Part shown: piece after piece, positions 5,760-11,289 of the stretch
How the letters are laid out: the number at the start of each line of letters is the position of its first letter
Numbering within the stretch: position 1 is the stretch's first letter
Source: Aciduliprofundum sp. JdFR-45
Lineage (GTDB): Archaea; Thermoplasmatota; Thermoplasmata; Thermoplasmatales; JdFR-45
Direction of reading: 5' to 3'
DNA: 11,289 bases
NCBI GenBank assembly: GCA_002011395.1
Contig: MTNG01000153.1
Location: 1 to 11,289 of the forward strand
Translations under genes and position numbers: made by a program
Notes under the pieces: generated by a model
The model's input: only the letters and a program-made list of their open reading frames with translations
Databases searched by the model: none
Told to the model about the DNA's origin: nothing

Positions 5760-6884
5760 ATGAAGTCGCTGTTAAAGGATGTGCTCGCTAAGTACGACGC
5801 CGGTACCGCTCAGCCCGTAAGGCGCGAGACCCCTCCCGTGCCCACCGACAGCGAGGCGGATAAGGAACTGGAGGAAATGCTCAAGAGCCTCCGCGTTAAC
5901 ATAAAGATCATAGGGTGCGGGGGCGCCGGTTCAAACACTGTAATGAGGATGATGGAGGAGGGCATATACGGGGCTGAATTGATCGCGGCGAACACCGATG
6001 CGCAGCACCTCCTCATCACGAGGGCGCACCGGAAGATCCTTCTCGGGAAGAGGATCACGCGGGGACTCGGCGCGGGTGCGCTCCCGCAGGTGGGTGAGGA
6101 GGCGGCCAGGGAGGCCGAGGACAGGATAAGGGAGGTCCTTCAGGGCGCGGACATCGTCTTCATCACCGCCGGGATGGGTGGAGGCACAGGGACGGGCAGC
6201 GCCCACGTGATAGCCCAGATAGCAAAGGAGCTGGGGGCGCTGGTCATAGCAGTGGTCACGCTGCCCTTCACCGCCGAGGGGCGGCACAGAATGGAAAATG
6301 CCCTCTGGGGCGTTGAGAAACTCCGCGATGCGGCGGACACGGTGATAACCATACCCAACGACAAACTTCTTGAGATCGCACCGCGCCTGCCCCTGAACCA
6401 GGCGTTCAAACTGGCCGACGAGGTCCTCATGCGCGCCATTAAGGGCCTCACCGAGATGGTCACGAAGCCCGGCCTGGTCAATCTGGACTTCAACGACCTC
6501 CGCACCATCATGAAGGGCGGCGGCGTGGCCATGATAGGCGTGGGCGAGAGCGAGGGCGTGGGCGAGGAGCGCGCCATGGAGGCGCTGGAGGACGCCATAA
6601 ACTCGCCCCTCCTGGAGGTGGACATCTCCACGGCCACGGGCGTGCTCATAAACGTCATAGGCGGCCCGGACATGACCCTCGCGGAGGCACAGCGCGTCGT
6701 GGAGGAGGTCCAGAAGCGCGTTTCCGAGAGCGCGCGCATCATCTGGGGAGCCGCCATAGACCCCTCCTTTGAGAAGCGCGTTGAGGTCATGATAGTGGCC
6801 GTGGGCGTGAAGAGCAAGCAGATACTCGGGAAGCTCACCAGCGAGGAACTTAAGAAGGCCTACGGCGTGGACGTCATTAAATGA
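5760..6884 (+). CDS. ftsZ: Cell division GTPase FtsZ (tubulin/FtsZ family), archaeal type.
   Basis: GGAGSN nucleotide loop. GGGTGTG tubulin signature ([19 protein letters not shown]). [11 protein letters not shown]...[11 protein letters not shown]. Full-length at ~374 aa. No ftsA in the vicinity. TLPF rather than the bacterial TKPF. Confidence 0.95.
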   Translation: MKSLLKDVLAKYDAGTAQPVRRETPPVPTDSEADKELEEMLKSLRVNIKIIGCGGAGSNTVMRMMEEGIYGAELIAANTDAQHLLITRAHRKILLGKRITRGLGAGALPQVGEEAAREAEDRIREVLQGADIVFITAGMGGGTGTGSAHVIAQIAKELGALVIAVVTLPFTAEGRHRMENALWGVEKLRDAADTVITIPNDKLLEIAPRLPLNQAFKLADEVLMRAIKGLTEMVTKPGLVNLDFNDLRTIMKGGGVAMIGVGESEGVGEERAMEALEDAINSPLLEVDISTATGVLINVIGGPDMTLAEAQRVVEEVQKRVSESARIIWGAAIDPSFEKRVEVMIVAVGVKSKQILGKLTSEELKKAYGVDVIK

Positions 6885-7513
6885 GGCGCGTTGTGGCGGT
6901 TGACCTGGACCAGACGCTGCTCCACACCCTGCACAGGTTCCACAGGGCCTTCAACTGGGCTCTACTCCGGAGAGGGATGAGACCCCTCACCTACGACCAT
7001 TTTCTGATGGACTACGCGGCGGACCGGCTGGACCTGTACAGGGGCTGCGAGGACAGGCATTCCTTCTGGCGCGACGTCCTGAGCGGATTGGGGCGTCCGC
7101 AACCGGAGGATGCGCTCATAGAGGGGTCCAGCGAGTTTCTGGAACTCGTTTCATCGGAGTGCCCCGTGTACCTGACAACGGGGAGGATCGTGGAGCGTGA
7201 CCTCTTGCTGGAAGAACTGGAGCGCTTCGGAATCGCCGAGTTCTTCACGGACATCTACACGAGGGACCCGCACAGAATGGATATGTTCAGGTACAGGGCC
7301 CTGCGCGATATATCCAGGAGGGAGGGTGTGGATGGTCATATCCTTCTGCTGGTGGGGGATTACCACGAGGACATGAGAGAGGGTAAAGCCGCCGGTGCCA
7401 CGGCGATAGGTGTGCTCACCGGCCTTATGCCCCCAGACGTGCTCTACAGGAGCGGTGCGGATGTGGTCGTTGAGAGCGTGGCCCATATCACACCGGACCT
7501 GCTGGGCCTGTGA
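6881..7513 (+). CDS. HAD-superfamily hydrolase (phosphatase-like).
   Basis: Motif [10 protein letters not shown] (DxD) is at the N-terminus. Motif IV-like GD at [24 protein letters not shown]. The start overlaps the ftsZ stop (ATGA at 6881-6884). Confidence 0.75.
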   Translation: MRRVVAVDLDQTLLHTLHRFHRAFNWALLRRGMRPLTYDHFLMDYAADRLDLYRGCEDRHSFWRDVLSGLGRPQPEDALIEGSSEFLELVSSECPVYLTTGRIVERDLLLEELERFGIAEFFTDIYTRDPHRMDMFRYRALRDISRREGVDGHILLLVGDYHEDMREGKAAGATAIGVLTGLMPPDVLYRSGADVVVESVAHITPDLLGL

Positions 7514-8717
7514 CCTCGCCGAAGAGGTTCACCCTTCCGTAGCCGGTTATCCGCACCCTGTAAAAGCGCCCTATGTACCCTGAGGCCAGGACTACGGGTC
7601 TGTAGGTGGAATCGCGGGCCATCACTCCCCCTCTGGCCGGCTCCACCACCAGAGCGGTATCCACTGTCCCAACGCGATCTCTATTGCGCTCCAGCGCGAT
7701 CCCAGCGTGCAGGTCCGTCAGAAGGCGACTCCTCTCCTTCACCACACCCCCCGGCAGGGGTTTGAGGTTCGCTGCGGGCGTTCCGGGGCGCGGGGAGAAG
7801 CGCGTTATGTTCAGTATGTCCGGCCTCACCTCCTCCACGAGGCGCACCGTCTCCCTGAAGTCCTCCTCATCCTCGGTCGGGTAGCCCACTATTACGTCCG
7901 TGGACAGGGTCAGGTCCGGGTAAACCTCCCTGAACCCCTCCACGATTTTCAGGAAGTCGGATACAGTGTAGCCCCTCCGCATATCCCGCAGAACGGAGTC
8001 GCTGCCGCTCTGAACGGGGAGGTGGAGAAACCTGTATATCCTCCCATCCTCCCACACGTCTATGAGGTCTCTGTAAACGCGGAGGGCCGTGCGGGGGTCC
8101 ATCATCCCGACGCGCACCCTGTACCTGTCCCTGACGCCCTCCAGCACGGCGCGGAGAAGGGAGGGGAGGTCCGTGCCCCTATCAAGGCCGTAGGAGGCGG
8201 TGTCCTGCGCGGTGAGGCGTATCTCCCTCGCCCCCGCCCGCACCGCTCGCCTCACCCTGTCCACGATCACCTCGGGGGGCTCACTCTCAAGGCCCCTCCG
8301 TATCAGGCGGGTGACGCAGTAGGCGCACGCGCCGGCGCACCCGTTCGCTATGGGGATGGATGCCACCGCGCCCCTCACGGGCACCATATCACGGGCCTCA
8401 ACGCCCAGATGCACCTTAACCGCCCCCCAGTCCCACGCCGGTATGGGCACGGCACCCATCTCCCGGAGGGCCTCGCCCCTTACGGAGGCGAGGCAACCGT
8501 AAACGTAGAGCGGTCTTGAGTATTCGAGCAGTTCCCGCACCCTCCTCACCATGCGCCTCTCGGTGTGCTCTATCACCACGCACGTGCCCAGGAGGATGAT
8601 ATCCGCCGATTCAGGGCTCTTCGCCACCTCCCACCCCGCACGGACGAGGGCATCCGCTATCATATCCGTCTCCGCCTGAAGCTGCGTGCAGCCGTATCTC
8701 TCCACGTAGAGGTGCAC
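7488..8717 (-). CDS. Radical-SAM methylthiotransferase, MiaB/RimO/MtaB family. Likely an archaeal e-MtaB/CDKAL1-like tRNA (ms2t6A) methylthiotransferase.
   Basis: N-terminal MTTase domain (YVERYGCTQLQAETDMIADAL...ADIILLGTCVV). Radical-SAM CxxxCxxC (CAGACAYC). C-terminal TRAM-like domain (GTVDTALVVEP...). Uses a GTG start. TATA-like aattttaaaa lies ~30 bp upstream on the minus strand. The 3' end overlaps the convergent HAD gene by 26 nt. Confidence 0.9.
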   Translation of the reverse strand: MHLYVERYGCTQLQAETDMIADALVRAGWEVAKSPESADIILLGTCVVIEHTERRMVRRVRELLEYSRPLYVYGCLASVRGEALREMGAVPIPAWDWGAVKVHLGVEARDMVPVRGAVASIPIANGCAGACAYCVTRLIRRGLESEPPEVIVDRVRRAVRAGAREIRLTAQDTASYGLDRGTDLPSLLRAVLEGVRDRYRVRVGMMDPRTALRVYRDLIDVWEDGRIYRFLHLPVQSGSDSVLRDMRRGYTVSDFLKIVEGFREVYPDLTLSTDVIVGYPTEDEEDFRETVRLVEEVRPDILNITRFSPRPGTPAANLKPLPGGVVKERSRLLTDLHAGIALERNRDRVGTVDTALVVEPARGGVMARDSTYRPVVLASGYIGRFYRVRITGYGRVNLFGEVTGPAGPV

Positions 8718-8738
8718 GGGGATTCCCTAAGAGAGTGT

Positions 8739-8756
8739 GGGTTTTAAAATTACCGT
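8739..8756. promoter_or_regulatory. Near-palindromic A/T box (gggttttaaaattaccg) in the divergent intergenic region between the MTTase and gcvT. Candidate bidirectional archaeal TATA element.
   Basis: It is the only AT-rich element in the 114-bp divergent spacer. It lies ~30 bp from the MTTase GTG (minus strand) and 50-80 bp from the gcvT starts. Confidence 0.35.
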
Positions 8757-8831
8757 TCCCCCACCCCCCATGATTTCCACTGAAAGGAAGGTTAAAGAGG
8801 GGTGAGTGGGATATCCCCCTCCGGTGAGCCC

Positions 8832-9938
8832 ATGAAAGAAACGCCTCTGCACGGAGAGCACGTGAGAATGGGTGCGAAGATGGTTGAGTTCGCCGGCTTC
8901 CACATGCCCCTCTACTACACGTCCATAATTGAGGAGCACATGGCCGTTAGGAAGGCCGTCGGGATCTTTGATGTATCGCACATGGGCGACGTCATCGTGG
9001 AGGGGCCCGACGCCACGGATTTCATATCCCACATGCTCCCCTCGGATGGCTATCTCACCTCCGACTATCAGTGCAGGTACTCCGCCTTTCTCAACCCTCA
9101 GGGGAGGATGAAGGACGACACCATATTCACCCGCCTCTCCGAGGAGAGGTATTTTCTGGTTCCGAACGCCGCCAAGACGGGGGAGATAGTGGAGTGGTTG
9201 AGGGCGAACGACGAGGACTTCTCAGTGAACGTGATAGATGTGAGCGAGGGATATGCATGCATCGCGGTGCAGGGCCCTCTGGCAGAGAAGGTCGTGAGCG
9301 CCGTGGTGGACGGTGATATCACCTCCATGGAGTTCATGCATGCGCGTCTCGTCGCTCTCCGTGGCATTGAGATACCCCGGAATCCCCTCGGAGGGGATAA
9401 GATATTCCTTTCAAGAACGGGATACACGGGTGAGGACGGTTTTGAACTCGTCGTGCCGGCGAAGATGGCGACGACTCTCTGGAGGGAGCTTCTGAAGGAG
9501 GGGGAGGAATATGGAATAAAGCCCTGCGGGCTGGGAGCGAGGGACACCCTCAGGATGGAGAAGGGCTTTCTCCTCTCGGGTCAGGACTTCAACGAGGACA
9601 GGACGCCTCTGGAGGCGGGGATATCCTGGATCATAGACTGGGACCACGAGTTCATAGGGAAGGAGCCGTTGCTCAAGCAGAGGGAGGAGAAGAACTACGA
9701 CAGGTTCAGGGGTTTCATCGTTGAGGGGAAGGCCATACCGCGACACGGAACGCCCGTATATTCCGGAGACGAAAGGGTCGGCGTCATAACGAGCGGGACG
9801 AAGTCGCCCACGCTCGGCGTTCCCATAGGTCTCGGCTATGTCAGGAGGAAATTCTCAAAGGTCGGCATGAAGGTTGAGGTTGAGATAAGGGGTAAGAGGT
9901 ATCCGGCCGAGGTGCGGAAGCCCCGCCTGGTTACATAG
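8832..9938 (+). CDS. gcvT: Glycine cleavage system T protein (aminomethyltransferase).
   Basis: MKETPLHGEHVRMGAKMVEFAGFHMPLYYTSIIEEHMAVRKAVGIFDVSHMG aligns residue-for-residue with GcvT N-termini (E. coli MAQQTPLYEQH...MVDFHGWMMPLHY...FDVSHM). ATG 8832 is preferred over GTG 8802, with SD GGTGA 4 nt upstream. Length ~368 aa. Confidence 0.9.
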   Translation: MKETPLHGEHVRMGAKMVEFAGFHMPLYYTSIIEEHMAVRKAVGIFDVSHMGDVIVEGPDATDFISHMLPSDGYLTSDYQCRYSAFLNPQGRMKDDTIFTRLSEERYFLVPNAAKTGEIVEWLRANDEDFSVNVIDVSEGYACIAVQGPLAEKVVSAVVDGDITSMEFMHARLVALRGIEIPRNPLGGDKIFLSRTGYTGEDGFELVVPAKMATTLWRELLKEGEEYGIKPCGLGARDTLRMEKGFLLSGQDFNEDRTPLEAGISWIIDWDHEFIGKEPLLKQREEKNYDRFRGFIVEGKAIPRHGTPVYSGDERVGVITSGTKSPTLGVPIGLGYVRRKFSKVGMKVEVEIRGKRYPAEVRKPRLVT

Positions 9939-9957
9939 GAAATGAGGGGGGTCCCCC

Positions 9958-10194
9958 ATGGTGAAGATAAGGGTTGATGGAAAAGAATACGAAGTGGAAT
10001 ACTTTGCCAGATTCTCGGAGACACCTCCCCACGTGGGCGTGGGCCTCAGGCCTGCAGAGGAGGCGTGGGCCCTGCTCAAGGAGAAGAAGGGGTGTGAGAT
10101 AAACCACGACGGCAAGTGGAGAAGGGCCGTGGTGAAGCAGGAGGTGGACGTCGGGGAGAGGACGTGGTTTATCCTGGAAATGCCTCAGATGTAA
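9958..10194 (+). CDS. 78-aa hypothetical protein. Not recognisably GcvH.
   Basis: Strong SD (GAGGGGGGT at 9944-9951) lies 6 nt before the ATG. It starts 19 nt after the gcvT stop, so is probably co-transcribed. No lipoyl-lysine (ESVKA) motif. Confidence 0.5.
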   Translation: MVKIRVDGKEYEVEYFARFSETPPHVGVGLRPAEEAWALLKEKKGCEINHDGKWRRAVVKQEVDVGERTWFILEMPQM

Positions 10195-10835
10195 GCCAGC
10201 AGGAAAAACGCCATCTGGATGACGGCGAATAGAACTCCCACGCCCACAAGGTAAACGATGTACTTTGGAAAGTTCAGGCGCATGAGTTGAAAGCCGTCCA
10301 GGGGGGGTATCGGAAGCATGTTGAAGAGGGCAAGGTAGGAGTTCACCGAGGCGATGAACCATAGTATCGTGGCCAGCGAACCCACCCCTCCCAGAATGAA
10401 AAAGGTGGCGAGGAGTGCAGCGGCGAGGAGCATGTTGACCCTTATCCCACCAACGGCAATGCGCTCCATATCCTTCCGGGTTCCCATCCCCATGATGTGC
10501 ACCGCACCGGGGGCCGCGAAGAGGAACCCGAAGAGCGAGGTGAGAAATGCGATGAGCAGCCCCATATCCCATTTCCTGTATTCCGCCCATATGCCGACTT
10601 TGAGGGACTCCAATTTATGTCCGACCTCGTGAAGGATAACGCCCGTGAAGACCGCGAGGGCGGAAATGCCCAGCACGAACAGGGCGGCGTAAGGCCACGG
10701 AGCGGCGTAGCCTCCCCACGCCATGAAAAAGGCGAAGGAGAGGACCAGCCAGGTGATGAGGAGGTCCCTCTTTTCGCGGGGGGTGAAGGTTATGCCCCTC
10801 CCCCGGTCATAGGTATATATCCTCATCCTCCTCAC
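10185..10835 (-). CDS. M50-family (site-2-protease-like) intramembrane zinc metalloprotease.
   Basis: HExxH in a TM helix (VILHEVGHK). Downstream NMLPIPPLDG (the LDG motif of S2P). Multiple TM helices. An alternative start at ATG 10826 gives MRIYTYD... Confidence 0.8.
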   Translation of the reverse strand: MRRMRIYTYDRGRGITFTPREKRDLLITWLVLSFAFFMAWGGYAAPWPYAALFVLGISALAVFTGVILHEVGHKLESLKVGIWAEYRKWDMGLLIAFLTSLFGFLFAAPGAVHIMGMGTRKDMERIAVGGIRVNMLLAAALLATFFILGGVGSLATILWFIASVNSYLALFNMLPIPPLDGFQLMRLNFPKYIVYLVGVGVLFAVIQMAFFLLAYI

Positions 10836-11289
10836 TCTCGCGCTCCTCCGTCTCCTCCACCTTCTTCTTTTTCCTCCCTCCTGATTTCTTGGACTTCTCC
10901 CTCTTCTCCAGGTCGCGCTGGTACTCCTCGGAGGATATCTTGGTCTCGGGTATGTGTGTGCTCACGTCCTCCATCAGGTAGCTGAGAACCTTCGCCACCT
11001 GCTTCGCCCGGTAGACCCCTATGCCGAGCCCGTGCACCAGCGACGGGATGGAGTAGTCCTCCAGCGCGTCGGTGGCCTTTGACGCGAGTTGCTCCAGAAC
11101 GGGGTCCTCCAGGTCCAGCGGGACGTCCGCCTCGTCAACCGCGCGTATGTACGCGAGCACTTCCTTCGCCTCGCTGACCTTCAGGTCGGGGTTCAGGGCC
11201 ACGATGTCGCTGAGACGGATCCCCTCTTTAAACAGTTCCGGCTTCTGGGAGTATATGGCGGATACGACCTTCTTTGACAGTTCCTCCAG
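10807..11289 (-). CDS. 3'-part of a gene whose N-terminus lies beyond the window. Hypothetical protein with a basic-then-acidic C-terminal tail (KSKKSGGRKKKKVEETEERESEEDEDIYL).
   Basis: The minus-strand frame is open from 11289 (LEELSKKVVSAIYSQKPELFKEGIRLSDIVALNPDLKVSEAKEVLAYIRAVDEADVPLDLEDP...) to the stop at 10807-10809. The listed M at 11202 is actually a GTG/Val codon inside the longer frame. Overlaps the M50 gene start by ~20-29 nt. Confidence 0.55.
   Translation of the reverse strand: MEELSKKVVSAIYSQKPELFKEGIRLSDIVALNPDLKVSEAKEVLAYIRAVDEADVPLDLEDPVLEQLASKATDALEDYSIPSLVHGLGIGVYRAKQVAKVLSYLMEDVSTHIPETKISSEEYQRDLEKREKSKKSGGRKKKKVEETEERESEEDEDIYL

Noticed and set aside
6140-6838. 232-aa minus-strand ORF antisense to ftsZ, plus the 118-aa and 82-aa ORFs at 5931-6287 and 5810-6058
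   Set aside because: Shadow ORFs inside the unmistakable ftsZ coding region. Low-complexity Ser/Met/Thr/Ala-rich translations.
7707-8519. 270-aa plus-strand ORF antisense to the radical-SAM MTTase, plus 92-aa and 62-aa ORFs nearby
   Set aside because: Opposite a gene with intact CxxxCxxC and TRAM domains. Pro/His/Gly/Arg-rich translation without motifs. GC-driven open frame.
9098-9746. 149-aa and 111-aa minus ORFs and 60-81-aa plus ORFs within gcvT
   Set aside because: Nested in or antisense to gcvT, which aligns end-to-end with aminomethyltransferases. No independent signals.
9931-10590. 219-aa minus ORF, plus 92-aa and 162-aa plus ORFs over the M50 gene region
   Set aside because: They overlap the M50 protease gene (HExxH/LDG motifs) and the 78-aa gene. 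His/Arg/Pro-rich composition is typical of a non-coding frame.
1-11289. Searched for CRISPR repeats, IS inverted repeats, transposase or integrase genes, and defence-system signatures
   Set aside because: No regularly spaced direct repeats, no terminal inverted repeats, and no recognisable transposase, integrase, nuclease or ATPase-type defence genes. The window looks like core chromosome with a stress/membrane-related accessory cluster.

Overview
GC-rich (~60%) chromosomal window that reads as archaeal: an FtsZ with the archaeal-type TLPF motif and no adjacent ftsA, several BRE/TATA-like AT-rich boxes 25-40 bp upstream of starts, Sulfolobus-like purine PRTases, and AGG/AGA/ATA-rich codon usage. 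It also encodes an HU-family protein, which among archaea is mostly a Thermoplasmatota trait, so a Thermoplasmatota-like lineage is a tentative guess only. The gene order is as follows. Pos 3-2855 hold a partial membrane protein, then a coiled-coil protein translationally coupled to an SPFH (band-7) protein with a Gly-rich linker and two C-terminal zinc ribbons, then a small PLDc_N-like 2-TM protein with a zinc ribbon, then a 2-TM protein with a beta-rich C-terminal domain. A small helical protein follows. Two tandem purine phosphoribosyltransferases sit on the minus strand (adenine-PRT-like and HGXPRT-like). A flavodoxin-fold protein is translationally coupled to a stand-alone PspC-domain protein. 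Then come HU, ftsZ, a coupled HAD hydrolase, a convergent radical-SAM methylthiotransferase, gcvT with a small downstream ORF, a convergent M50/site-2-protease-like membrane metalloprotease, and a partial gene with a K/E-rich tail. No tRNA, rRNA, CRISPR or transposase signatures were seen. The most unusual part is the membrane-associated coiled-coil/SPFH-double-zinc-ribbon/PLDc_N-zinc-ribbon/2-TM cluster, together with a separate flavodoxin-PspC pair. It resembles bacterial Psp/Ydj envelope-stress neighbourhoods in an archaeal context, and it carries a perfect in-frame 30-bp tandem duplication inside the zinc-ribbon module. Long antisense ORFs opposite real genes are GC-driven shadows.
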